Source: Tolypothrix carrinoi HA7290-LM1 (GTDB taxonomy: Bacteria; Cyanobacteriota; Cyanobacteriia; Cyanobacteriales; Nostocaceae). From it: DNA of 64,000 nucleotides. The DNA lies in NCBI GenBank assembly GCA_019358935.1, contig JAHHIK010000012.1:32001-96000 (forward strand), given 5' to 3'. The translations under genes and the position numbers were made by a program. Below the pieces are notes generated by a model. It saw only the letters and a list, made by a program, of their open reading frames with translations, was not told the DNA's origin and searched no databases. Positions 19,496 to 29,258 of the stretch are shown one piece after another; position 1 is the first letter of the stretch; each line of letters starts with the position of its first letter.

Positions 19496-19616
19496 GTAGG
19501 TTGGGGAGCCACTTGCATGGGCGGGTTTCCCGACTTGAGCAAAGTGGCGTTTGAACGGCGTGAAACCCAACGAGTGCTGGATTTTGTTGGGTTTCGTTTG
19601 ACTCAACCCAACCTAC
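19496..19616. repeat. GTAG-type REP-like palindromic element with a nested repeat insertion
   Basis: Termini GTAGGTTGGG...CCCAACCTAC, internal GAAACCCAAC/GTTGGGTTTC; an AGCCACTT...GGGTTTCCCGACTTG...AAGTGGCG unit is inserted in the left arm. Confidence 0.65.
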
Positions 19617-19730
19617 AGTTATATGCAAGTCTAAAGAGACTTTCAACTCAACTAGGCGCGATCGCCCCAACGGTTCGGAAGATAGATAGAGCCAGTCTAC
19701 CCTCTACCCTTTAGCCTCTACCCTTTAGGA

Positions 19731-19886
19731 TGTTATGCAGAAACTTTCGACCTATCCACCCAAATGAGCGTATTATGCGGAAAGATTCGGCTTAAACAGC
19801 GGCTTTGGAGTATTATACAGAAACTTTCTGTCTATCCGCCCACTGCGGATCTTAGGCGGAAACTTTCTGTCTATCAATTGTTAGAC
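19731..19886 (+). other. Array of four ~27-bp imperfect palindromes at 40/40/39-bp spacing, ending at GTTAGAC (putative attI-like recombination site)
   Basis: Units start at 19731, 19771, 19811 and 19850; consensus about TTAtrCrGAA-ACT-TTCkGtCTAT; GTTAGAC at 19880-19886. Confidence 0.55.
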
Positions 19887-19940
19887 AGCTTTAAGTGATC
19901 TGTGAGGACATATTTCAAAGTTGTCGTGAGGTTGCAACAA

Positions 19941-20699
19941 TCAGTTTCGTCCTGCGGTTATGCCACCATCGACGGGCAAGACAACTCCGGTGATCCAACT
20001 GGAACAAGCATCATCAGCTAAAAATAGAATTGCTGCTGTTGTATCCTTGACCTGCCCATTTCGCCCTAACGGATGAAAAGCGTTGAACGACGCAAGTTGT
20101 TCTGGTGTCAGCAAAGGGTCAAATAAAGGGGTTTCAACCACAGCAGGCGCGATCGCATTCACGCGAATCTTGTCGGGTGCAAATTCGATTGCCAGGTTAC
20201 GAGTCAGGGCGTGAACTCCACCCTTCGCTGTTGAAGATCCACTACAGGGCGTTGCGGCGATCGCATGATTTGACCACATCGACCCAATATTCACGATCGC
20301 GCCACTGCCCCGTTGCCGCATTTGAGCGATCGCAGCCTGGGACATGAAAAAGTAGCCCTTCAGTAAGTTCAAATAACTGTCGAGGTCTTCTTCAGTGTGA
20401 TCAAGGAAGGGTTTTGGTTGAAAAACGCCTGCATTGTTGAGCAGCACATCGACACCCCCAAATTGTTCGACGGCTAGATTCACGATGCTCTGACTCGTCT
20501 GAGGGTGTCCAATGTCACCTGCCACGTAGACAACTCTTTCCTCAGTTGGGTCAATAGCATTAGCTGTTTGCGACAATAAATTTTCGCGCCGCCCATTGAG
20601 CACAATTTTCGCTCCCGCCTTGTAGAAGGCGTGTGCCACATCTGCACCAATGCCACTCCCGCCTCCGGTAACTAATACAACTTTGTCTCTCAAACTCAT
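19941..20699 (-). CDS. Short-chain dehydrogenase/reductase (FabG-like; the catalytic Tyr position appears to be Ser, SSTAK)
   Basis: TGGGSGIG, NNAG, IRVNAIAP and ITGVVLPVDGG motifs. Confidence 0.9.
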   Translation of the reverse strand: MSLRDKVVLVTGGGSGIGADVAHAFYKAGAKIVLNGRRENLLSQTANAIDPTEERVVYVAGDIGHPQTSQSIVNLAVEQFGGVDVLLNNAGVFQPKPFLDHTEEDLDSYLNLLKGYFFMSQAAIAQMRQRGSGAIVNIGSMWSNHAIAATPCSGSSTAKGGVHALTRNLAIEFAPDKIRVNAIAPAVVETPLFDPLLTPEQLASFNAFHPLGRNGQVKDTTAAILFLADDACSSWITGVVLPVDGGITAGRN

Positions 20700-20797
20700 G
20701 ACCCTCTCCTAAATTGTTTATGCTTTAGCAATCAAGAGCATAGGAGATGGCGCAAATGCCCGCAAGCAGGCACAATTTTGTCAGGTAGGGTACTTTT

Positions 20798-21160
20798 ATG
20801 AAAGAAATGCAGTCGTTCCAAGACCTAAACGTTTCGGAAAACGTGCGGGATGTTGCCGAGGTTGTTGAGGCAGTATTTGGCTGTAAATGGTCGCTGCGAA
20901 TTTTAGGGTTGATTCGACGAGGGATCTGTCGCCCTGGTGCGATCGAGCGAGAGTTGACAGGCTTAACCCCTAAAGTTCGGAATTACTATTTTCGACGGAT
21001 GATCAAGTTAGGCATTCTGGAACGAGTAGTGTATCCAGCAGTTCCGCCTCATGTAGAGTACAAACTCACGCATTTTGGGCTACGGTTCATGCCGATTTTA
21101 GATTCCATTGAAGCGTTACAGCGTGAACTTGAGGTAGACAGTAAGAAGCAAGGTTTGTAG
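20798..21160 (+). CDS. HxlR-family winged-helix regulator
   Basis: GCKWSLRIL and VYPAVPPHVEYKLTHFG motifs. Confidence 0.9.
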   Translation: MKEMQSFQDLNVSENVRDVAEVVEAVFGCKWSLRILGLIRRGICRPGAIERELTGLTPKVRNYYFRRMIKLGILERVVYPAVPPHVEYKLTHFGLRFMPILDSIEALQRELEVDSKKQGL

Positions 21161-21174
21161 GGTGTTTAACCGCT

Positions 21175-21262
21175 GTCGAACAACCGTGTTGCAGCGGAAC
21201 GTACCAGCCTTCTTCGTTGAGTTGCAAAGGCGATCTGCGTCCGCTGAACACGACCGTTAGGC
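21175..21262 (+). mobile_element. Integron attC-like site 1
   Basis: R'' GTCGAAC, 5-nt spacer, TGTT(G)CAGCGGA pairing with TCCGCTGAACA (one unpaired base), 5-nt spacer, R' GTTAGGC. Confidence 0.75.
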
Positions 21263-21291
21263 CCTACTGCGTATCCTTCACCACACCGCTT

Positions 21292-21675
21292 ATGCCAGAT
21301 CAACCTGCACTCCTAATCGAACTGCTCCGCGCGGCCTACGCGGCCTTTAACGCGCGAGACATTGACGCTGCCCTTGCCCTCATGACTCCGGACGTGGTTT
21401 GGCCGAGAGCATTCAAAGGCGGTTTTGTCCGTGGACCTGAAGAAGTCCGCGCTTACTGGACGGAGCAATGGAGCGAGATCAACGGGCACGTGGAGCCGGT
21501 GACTTTTCACCCGGAGGAGTCCGGACGTATCTTGGTCGAAGTGCATCAGGTCGTGCGCGACCTAGCTGGAGCCGTTCTTGCCGATGAGCACGTCGGTCAT
21601 CGTTTCACCATTGCGCAGGGCTTGATTCAAGCCATGGAAGTCTGTCCGCTTCCATCGTCCGGCCACACAGCCTAA
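21292..21675 (+). CDS. SnoaL-like / NTF2-family protein (gene cassette)
   Basis: AYAAFNARDIDAALALMTPDVVWP...VRGPEEVRAYW motif. Visibly GC-rich; its stop TAA lies inside the GCCTAAC inverse core. Confidence 0.88.
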   Translation: MPDQPALLIELLRAAYAAFNARDIDAALALMTPDVVWPRAFKGGFVRGPEEVRAYWTEQWSEINGHVEPVTFHPEESGRILVEVHQVVRDLAGAVLADEHVGHRFTIAQGLIQAMEVCPLPSSGHTA

Positions 21676-21772
21676 CACGGCGCTCGAGCGAACGCTTCAG
21701 GGCGGCCACCCCGGTTCCGTTCTTCACACCAACAGGCGCCCTGAAGCGTCGCTCAGCTTTGATCCGTTAGCT
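21670..21772 (+). mobile_element. Integron attC-like site 2
   Basis: R'' GCCTAAC; GCT(C)GAGCGA(A)CGCTTCAGGGCG(G)CC pairs with GGCGCCCTGAAGCGTCGCTCAGC leaving three unpaired bases; R' GTTAGCT. Confidence 0.82.
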
Positions 21773-21858
21773 CACGTTAAGAAGTAACCTCCAGATTTTG
21801 ATGAACGTCGTAAATCCATTCCAAGCAAGATAGGGGAGCAACCAACGAAACGCCATTT

Positions 21859-22372
21859 TTGACGCATGCCATCAGTATTAATTTAGAAGCACCAACATGG
21901 CTGGCTCAAGCTGCCTTTCCGATTATGAAGCGACAAAACTACGGACGGATTGTGCTTACGACTTCAGATAGAGCTATTTATCAGCAATATGCACTCAGTG
22001 GTCTCGCCCCTTATGCTATGGGAAAAATGGCACAGATAGGTCTGATGAATGTGCTCGCGGTTGAAGGCAAAGAGCATGGAATTCTCGTTAATGCGATTTC
22101 GCCGGTAGCCAAAACGCGGATGTGGAACGTACACTCCAAAGCCAGAGGATTTGCGACCCGATCAAGTAGCCCCTGGAGTGTTATACCTCGCTTCTTTTGA
22201 ATGCCGAGAGTCTGGATTTATATTAAGGGCAAGCAATGGTCAATTCACAGCCGCGCGCTGGATCGAGCGAAACAACGTGGACTATCCGTTAAACCTTGCC
22301 GCTGTTGAAAGTTCTACTGCGGAGGATTTGGCTACTCGCTGGCAGGAAATTGCTGCGGATGTTGCGTTTTAA
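21859..22372 (+). pseudogene. 5'-truncated, frameshifted SDR oxidoreductase fragment
   Basis: YGRIVLTTS, YAMGK and ILVNAISPVAKTRM in one frame; continues as LRPDQVAPGVLYLAS in another frame after ~22140. No N-terminal Rossmann motif. Confidence 0.75.
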
Positions 22373-22515
22373 GGACTAGGCTTGTACTTCGAGATGGTCT
22401 GTAGGGAAATCGAGATTATTGGTGGGAGAGTAGTTGAAAGAATGTGGGTAAGGGGCGATCGCTTTTCTCCCCAACGCCTTCGGTGAATGAGAGCAATTGC
22501 GAAATCTAGAATCAT

Positions 22516-23249
22516 TGTTGATAAATGATTTATTTCATCAAATCGGGATGAGCCTCAAATAAATGAGTGATTCTACTGAATATCTTTTAGACTCTTTTCC
22601 CGTGCCAATGTGTGATAATATCCGGATATTCAATGTAAAATTAATCAAGTCAGAAGAGTACAGAGGTTAGATTGCATCGAAAAAACGCTATTTTTACGGG
22701 GTTCGAGTTCAGTTATTAACGATTAAAAGTGGTGTCCCAGTTGAGTTTGTCTTCATGCCTGGTAGCGCTGCTGATGTGCGGGCATTAAATGCGTTACCGT
22801 TAAATCTGCCACCAGGTAGTGAAATTTATACTGACTCCGCATACACTGATTATACTTCGGAAGATGACCTGAGAAAGACGAGTCAAATTGAGTTGAAAGT
22901 GATGCGTAAAAAGAACTCTAAGCGTAAAGATGAGCCGTGGAATCAATACATTAAACAATCTACTCGGCATTACCCAATCGACTGTGTTCAGCGCGATTAC
23001 TTGTGTTTTCCCTAAATCGATTCATGCAGTCACATATAGAGGGTTTTTACTGAAACTCGAAGCATTTATTTTTGCCTTTACTCTTCAACAAGCATTTAGA
23101 GAATGAGTTAAATATAATACTTGAATTTGATTCAAGACTTGCACTTTTGATTGAGTCAAAGTCGCGGAGTCGCGGCGGCGCTACCGCCTACTTGTCGTGC
23201 GGTAACGCTCAAAGTAGTACACTTGTATTTAATAACCTGCAACTTGGGT
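22516..23249 (+). mobile_element. Degenerate IS982-like transposase remnant
   Basis: LLDSFPVPMCDNIRI...EEYRG*IASKKRYFYGVRVQLLT...IYTDSAYTDY, with in-frame stops and a frameshift near 22975. Possible right terminus GCAACTTGGGT at 23239-23249. Confidence 0.7.
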
Positions 23250-23319
23250 TAGTAAGGGATAGAGCCGCTTAAAACCTTTATATTTGAGCGGTAAACCGCT
23301 CACCCTTCTCTATGAGACC

Positions 23320-23685
23320 AAGGCGAACGGGTTAGCCAGTCGCTCATGGGGAGCCAGTGCGTTGGGGAGGACACCTGCGTGGGCGGGTTTCCCGACTTGA
23401 GCAGTGTGTCCGTTGAGGCAGTGCGGTCTTGGGGTTTCACGCCACTCCCCTCAAGTCGGGAAACCCTTCCTGTGGGGGTGGCTCCCCAAGTGGAGGAGGC
23501 AGTGCGGTCTTGGGAGCAAATCGCCACTTGCGCGTCTGCCGGGAAACCCGTCCAACGCAGTGGCTCCCCAAGTGAAGCACCTGCCGTCATCTGCCGTCGG
23601 CTCTGCCGACTTGTTCGCGCAGCGTCTCCGCATCTGAGAAGCACCTGGCGTGGAGACCCCCTGTTCTGCGCGCTGGCTCACTACG
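23320..23685. repeat. Mosaic of nested GC-rich dispersed repeats
   Basis: Recurrent units GAGCCAGTGCG, GGGTTTCCCGACTTGA, GAGGCAGTGCGGTCTTGGG (x2) and GTGGCTCCCCAAGTG (x2); similar units occur at 19506, 27007, 42378, 49134 and 56226. Confidence 0.75.
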
Positions 23686-23749
23686 AACTAAGAAATTATT
23701 TTACGTTTAATTTCGCCTACTTCCTTATTGACTCCTAACTTCTAACTAA

Positions 23750-23956
23750 TCAAAATACCTCATTTTCAATACCGCGCCACCATTCCCCCAAATTCATCAA
23801 ATCTTCGTGTATGTCTGCTAATTCACCGGCGTAGTCATTTTCTGAAAGCGTCGCTTGACGTTCTTTGAGCTTTTTCAGTCGCAGTTGCACCAACAGCCAA
23901 GGTTTAGTGATGCTATTCGTGGCTTCGATGTATTCCGCTAGTTCTTTGCTATTCAT
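23750..23956 (-). CDS. Small conserved hypothetical protein
   Basis: 68-aa ORF with KPWLLVQLRLKKL...LGEWWRGIENEVF and native codon style. Confidence 0.65.
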   Translation of the reverse strand: MNSKELAEYIEATNSITKPWLLVQLRLKKLKERQATLSENDYAGELADIHEDLMNLGEWWRGIENEVF

Positions 23957-24000
23957 AAATTTTGATTTTTATTGCACTACCTTTTAAGATACAAGTTATG

Positions 24001-24066
24001 TAGCAATCCGTTTATAATTCGTGAAAAACAAGATACCCGACTTCTTTAAGAAGTCGGGTATCTGAG
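24001..24066 (+). repeat. Palindromic dispersed repeat; a related copy lies at 25014-25083
   Basis: TAGCAATCCG...AAGATACCCGACTTCTTTAAGAAGTCGGGTATCT. Confidence 0.7.
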
Positions 24067-24131
24067 CCGGAAAAACAGCCACGAAAGAAAAATGTTTTCC
24101 GCGTTACAGTGCTGACAAAAAAAGCAGATAA

Positions 24132-24734
24132 TTAAGCCTTAGCTAAATTTTGTGCAACAAAATCCCAGTTTACCAACTGATCTAAGAAGTTCTTGATAAA
24201 GGCAGGACGAGCATTGCGGAAGTCAATGTAGTAAGCATGTTCCCAAACGTCTAGAGTTAGGAGTGCTTTCTGACCATGAGCTAGAGGGTTCTCTGCATTC
24301 GGTGTTTTCGTCACCTTCAGCGTACCATTATCATCAATCAACCAAGCCCATCCGCTGCCAAACTGCGTTGTAGCCGCGTTAGAAAACTCTTCTTTGAATT
24401 TATCAAAGCTACCAAAATCTTTGTCAATTTTAGCAGCTAAATCACCGCTTGGTGTACCGCCGCCTGCTGGCTTCAAAGAATTCCAAAAGAAAGTATGATT
24501 CCAAACTTGAGCCGCGTTGTTGAAAACTCCTGTTAAAGAGGGGTCTTTAAAAGAAATTTTGATCACCTCTTCTAGAGGTTTATCTGCGAGGTCTTTACCT
24601 TCAACGAGCTTGTTAAGGTTATCTACATAAGCTTTATGATGCTTGCCATAGTGATACTCGAAAGTCTCAGCTTTCATGCCATATGGCTCTAAAGCGTTAA
24701 AGTCAAAGGGTAGGGGGTCTTGTGTAAATGCCAT
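24132..24734 (-). CDS. sodB: Fe superoxide dismutase
   Basis: HYGKHHKAY, FNNAAQVWNHTFFW, QFGSGWAWL and DVWEHAYY motifs; the AAQ signature indicates the Fe type. Confidence 0.97.
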   Translation of the reverse strand: MAFTQDPLPFDFNALEPYGMKAETFEYHYGKHHKAYVDNLNKLVEGKDLADKPLEEVIKISFKDPSLTGVFNNAAQVWNHTFFWNSLKPAGGGTPSGDLAAKIDKDFGSFDKFKEEFSNAATTQFGSGWAWLIDDNGTLKVTKTPNAENPLAHGQKALLTLDVWEHAYYIDFRNARPAFIKNFLDQLVNWDFVAQNLAKA

Positions 24735-25298
24735 GAGTGTGAAATCCTCTCTTTACCGTTTTCCAGTTTAAAGCTAATGCTACAGCTTTGGAAATTACAG
24801 GTTTTGTGTTGAGCAATTGAAGATGCTGAACACTGTAAAATAAAACTTTACATTGTTATTTTACTACCAAAGGCAGGATTCAGACAAAGTGGTTTTGTCA
24901 CAATTGAGGTCAAATCTACCTAAATGAATACACAATAAGTAAGAGATTATGCCGATTATGTCTCGATAGATATATTTTGTAATCAAGTAATTTTAATATA
25001 AAATGATCATCTATAGCAATCCGCTCATAAGAGCGTAAACAACAAGATTCCCGACTTATTAAAGAAGTCACCGAATCTGAATCAATGGATTTTTACAAAG
25101 TAATAACTCTAAAAGATAATTATTTTTTCATAAGTCTAATTTTAATAATGGTGAGTAAATGCTCACCATTATATTTAACTAATAACTAACAGTAGATTGT
25201 ATTAACTTAAGGCGAGACAAAGAGCCGGAGTGAATTTTTTAGGATATGTCCCGGCTTAAGTTGAGTAGCGCAGCAATTTGTGTTAATTACAATTGAGA

Positions 25299-26891
25299 TT
25301 ACCTTTGCTGGTAGAAGTCAACAATTTTTGCCGTGACTTCTGAAATTGAGAGACCATCGGTTTGTATTTCAATTGCATCTGCTGCTTTCTGCAAGGGGGA
25401 AACTTTGCGGGTGCTATCTTTCCAGTCGCGTTCTGCGATGTCTTTTTCCAGCTGCTCTAAACTGACTTCGGGTTGACCTTGTTTTTTAAAGTCTTGCTGA
25501 CGACGCCGTGCGCGTTCGCTAACCGAAGCGGTTAAAAAGATTTTGACTTCAGCATCGGGAAAAACGTGAGTACCGATATCCCGTCCTTCAGCAACTAAAC
25601 CACCTTTTTTACCCCAGTTCTGCTGTTGTTTAACTAATGCTTCACGTACAGCGCTTTGTGCGGCTATGGCGGATACTTTTGATGTTACTCCTGGCGTGCG
25701 AATTACCTGAGTAACATCAGTATGATTAATCCAGACTCGCACAGGAGATTGTAAATTTTCGCCTTGAGTCAGTTCAATGACACACAGGTTAGCTAATTCA
25801 GCGATCGCACACTCATCATCCAAAGCAATTTCTTCTTGCAACACTAGCCAGGTGAAAGCTCGGTACATTGCGCCAGTATCTAAATATACTAGACCCAAGT
25901 TCGCTGCCACTTGACGAGCCACCGTTGATTTACCAGCACCAGCCGGTCCATCAATGGCGATGACGGGAGAGCGATCGCGCAGGATGGTATTATCAATCAA
26001 ACGTGTAGAACCAAGACGAGCTGCGATCGCAAGCATTCCTTCCTCCTTAACTTCCTCTAAAGACATCAACGTAGTCGGTTCAACCAATTCAATATATTCC
26101 ACTAAAACAGTAGTGACCATTGCTAGTTCTTGCTCCACCACCGCTATAAGAGTGCTGGTGTTACGAACGCCCGCTTTAAATGCTGCTTCAGCTTGCCGCA
26201 AGCCGCGATATAATGCCGCTGCCTGCTGCTTTTGCGTTGCAGTCAAATATTGATTGCGGGAACTCAAGGCAAGCCCCGATGCTTCGCGCACCGTTGGACA
26301 AGCAACAATTTCTGTCGGCAAATTCAAATCAGCTACTAGCTTTCTAATAATTGCCAGTTGCTGACCATCCTTTTGACCGAAATAGGCTCGATCGGGCTGT
26401 ACCAAGTTTAAAAGCTTGGTAACAATCGTAGCCACACCCTGAAAGTGACCTAGCCGAGAACGACCACACAAGCGTGATATCATAGCAGATGGAGGGATAA
26501 CTTGTGTAACAATTGAATCTTGTATACTCTTCTGCGGAACTCCTAATTCCTCCGGAGAAGGCGCAAAAATCGCATCCACACCAGCTTGTTCACAAAATTG
26601 CCCATCTGCCTTCAAAGTTCGAGGATAGCGTTGAAAATCCTCATTGGGACCAAATTGCAGGGGATTGACGAATATACTGACGATTACCGTGGCGTTTTCT
26701 CGCCGTGCCCGTTCTATCAAGCTTAAATGACCTTGATGCAAAGCCCCCATCGTCGGAACCAGACCAACTGGTGTTTGATACCAGCTGGTTGCCTCATTTG
26801 ATAGCAGTTCCTCCGACTGGCAAAGCTGATTTTCCGAACGACGTTTAGCTAAATAACAGCGTAAAGCTGCAACTGTTGTCAGCAGGCGCAC
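25299..26891 (-). CDS. panC/cmk: Bifunctional pantoate-beta-alanine ligase / cytidylate kinase
   Basis: VPTMGALHQGH, FGQKD and LALSSRN fused to IAIDGPAGAGKST, LDTGAMYR and EGRDIGT. Confidence 0.97.
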   Translation of the reverse strand: MRLLTTVAALRCYLAKRRSENQLCQSEELLSNEATSWYQTPVGLVPTMGALHQGHLSLIERARRENATVIVSIFVNPLQFGPNEDFQRYPRTLKADGQFCEQAGVDAIFAPSPEELGVPQKSIQDSIVTQVIPPSAMISRLCGRSRLGHFQGVATIVTKLLNLVQPDRAYFGQKDGQQLAIIRKLVADLNLPTEIVACPTVREASGLALSSRNQYLTATQKQQAAALYRGLRQAEAAFKAGVRNTSTLIAVVEQELAMVTTVLVEYIELVEPTTLMSLEEVKEEGMLAIAARLGSTRLIDNTILRDRSPVIAIDGPAGAGKSTVARQVAANLGLVYLDTGAMYRAFTWLVLQEEIALDDECAIAELANLCVIELTQGENLQSPVRVWINHTDVTQVIRTPGVTSKVSAIAAQSAVREALVKQQQNWGKKGGLVAEGRDIGTHVFPDAEVKIFLTASVSERARRRQQDFKKQGQPEVSLEQLEKDIAERDWKDSTRKVSPLQKAADAIEIQTDGLSISEVTAKIVDFYQQR

Positions 26892-26965
26892 AAAATACCC
26901 CTAGTTCTTCTTGAGCCTCTCCCCCGTTAGTTTATATCTGAATTCGGGGGAAAAACGAATGAACT

Positions 26966-27216
26966 AGGGGAAATGGGGAATGGGGCATTGGGCATGGGGC
27001 ATGGGGGAGGCAGTGCGTTGCGGAGGTCACGAACGTTGTAGCACCTGCCGTCATGGGGCATTGGGCATGGGGCAGGAGGAAGGGGGAAGGGGAAAAGGGG
27101 AAGGGGGAAAGGGAAAATATTTCTTCTTTCTTGTCCTTTACCCAAAACCCTTTACCCAAAACCCCTCTTCTAATCCCCATTGCCCAATGCGATAGGGCCC
27201 AATGCCCAATTACCAA
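26966..27216. repeat. Mixed STRR heptamer repeats
   Basis: GGGCATT/GGGCATG, GGGGAAA and CCCAATG arrays. Confidence 0.85.
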
Positions 27217-28332
27217 TTACCTTCCTAAGACTTCAATCCGCACTGGTGCTACACCACTGCCCATCATTCCTAAAACGCGGGCAGCGGCAACAGAAAGGTC
27301 AATTACTCGACCGCGAATGAATGGACCGCGATCGTTAATTCGCACTACTACAGAACGACCGTTGCGGGTGTTGGTGACGCGGACTCGCGTACCAAAGGGT
27401 AAATGGCGATGGGCAGCTGTTAGTTTTTCTGGATTAAATCTCTGACCGCTGGCGGTGCGATTGCCGGAACCATCATAGCCATAATAAGAAGCTACTCCCC
27501 TGAGGGAGACTTTCACAGGTCCGACATTAATCTCTGATGGCAATTTTGGTATTGATAGTGGCGATCGCGTCGGTAAGTTAAGAATCTGGTTTAGGGGAGA
27601 AGCATTGCCTAGTAATCTCCGCAAGCGATTGGTGGCTTGCAATGCGTCTTGTGCCAGATTATTGGTTGTGTCTGGCGATCGCGTTTGATCGTTGATTTCG
27701 ACCAATTCTTCGTTATTGACTTTGATGATATAGCGATCGCTCGATGTTTGGTCAGCAGAGACACTTTTATTTTGTGCTTGATTTGTTGTCGCGCTAACAG
27801 CTTTCCAACTGACGATTATTTGACTGGCGTCTACATTTTCCCGGCTTAACTGGTTTATCTTCGCTGCTACTACACCAGCTCTTTGAACCGGGTCATCATC
27901 GCCAATGTTTGTTTGGTTACTAACAAAAGTTATAGTTTCAACACTGGCTTCTTTTACAGAAGTGTCAGCAACAGCATTGTTTGACTGTGTACTTTGAGTA
28001 TCACCACCAGTTACACCAACTTTGGTATCTACTTTGGTTTCTTCGCTCTTGACTGGTGTAGAACTGACAAAGGTGAGAACAGGAATTTTGCGAATAAATA
28101 GCGTTGCAGCTTGACGACCTCCAATATTGTGAGGATGAATTTCCGTAATTACGGCATCCGAGGTAAGGTTCCCTGCTGAGGATTGATACTCTCCCACCTT
28201 GACGATATCGGCTGAAGGTGTTTTTTGGGAAGCGGTATCCGTTTCCTTGGCTGTTTGAGCGCGACCGATTGAGGGCATTCCCAAAACAGTCATAAACAGG
28301 GTGACAATAGTCCACAAATGTCTTTGATTCAT
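27217..28332 (-). CDS. rlpA: Septal ring lytic transglycosylase RlpA family protein
   Basis: C-terminal [18 protein letters not shown] and VRINDRGPF...IDLS motifs; signal-like N-terminus from ATG 28332. Confidence 0.9.
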   Translation of the reverse strand: MNQRHLWTIVTLFMTVLGMPSIGRAQTAKETDTASQKTPSADIVKVGEYQSSAGNLTSDAVITEIHPHNIGGRQAATLFIRKIPVLTFVSSTPVKSEETKVDTKVGVTGGDTQSTQSNNAVADTSVKEASVETITFVSNQTNIGDDDPVQRAGVVAAKINQLSRENVDASQIIVSWKAVSATTNQAQNKSVSADQTSSDRYIIKVNNEELVEINDQTRSPDTTNNLAQDALQATNRLRRLLGNASPLNQILNLPTRSPLSIPKLPSEINVGPVKVSLRGVASYYGYDGSGNRTASGQRFNPEKLTAAHRHLPFGTRVRVTNTRNGRSVVVRINDRGPFIRGRVIDLSVAAARVLGMMGSGVAPVRIEVLGR

Positions 28333-29258
28333 GCGTCCGTTTTTAAAGCGTGTTAAGAACTGAAGGTTTATCTTTCGTGAGATTTTGCACCACAATCATG
28401 TAAAATGCCCCAAAAATTTAAACTCATTCCCATGAACACTTTTTGTTTATAACTGCAACAGATTAACATGAACCTTTTGCCTAGGGGATCAGGGTTGTAT
28501 CGTAACTCTTGGTAAATTTATCAAATTTAAATTTCAATTTTCAGCACAAAACCTTTCCCAAAAGCGGATTTTGGCTGTTTAATAGTTGTCTGGAAAATTA
28601 AAATTTTTCTTAGGGAAACTTAACAATATTTAGTGGATAAATTGGTTTGGATAGTGTCTCCAACCGCTCATCAAGCTAATTGCTGTATGTGTAATATCGA
28701 AAGCAAAAGTTAATGCACAAAATCGCTTAAAAAACAATAGTATTAACTTTAAAATTTTAAATATAAATACTGATATTTTATTAGATTAATCAATTGATTG
28801 CCTTTCATCTCAGAGTATCTGCAAAACTTGAGATTAATTATCTTTTTCAAATAGTTTGATTCTATACAAACCACGAACCACACAGTCTTAACCGATGTTT
28901 GAGAATTTGTCAAATAAGCCTAGCAGTAATTATGAGTACCAATGAAGTTATAATTTTTTATCGTTAGAGAAAAATGAATAATGAGAAAATTAACCAGAGT
29001 TAATTGGCAAATTTTCACTTTATTTGCCGATATAGCGAAAAACTACGGAAAAGTTTCCCCTACGCTAAAACTGGACAAAAAAGGATGCGCCTTCATCCGA
29101 GGCGGCGGTTCGCGCTCCCAGAATCTTCTGTCCGGCGACACGCCTTTGACTGGTGGGGTGTTGAGGATCTTTAAAACAAGGCTGTCCAATTTTGTCTGAC
29201 TTTTTGGAACCCCGCATCGCCTTTTTCTAGCCTAATTTTTACTCTTTCAGCTGCACTT

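Noticed and set aside
19731..19877. Mini-CRISPR interpretation of the 40-bp periodic array
   Set aside because: The repeats are degenerate and the spacers only 12-13 nt, far too short for CRISPR spacers.
21217..21291. Track-predicted N-terminal extension of the SnoaL protein
   Set aside because: It runs through attC1; ATG 21292 fits the cassette boundary and the domain start.
23300..23738. Overlapping ORFs on both strands
   Set aside because: They arise from a GC-rich nested repeat mosaic that is poor in stop codons.
17343..23750. Integron integrase gene near the attC sites
   Set aside because: No ORF with tyrosine-recombinase motifs was seen here or elsewhere in the window.
29080..29225. 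GC-rich patch upstream of glsA as a glutamine riboswitch
   Set aside because: I could not match it to the glnA or downstream-peptide motif or fold it convincingly by eye; an Rfam scan would settle it.
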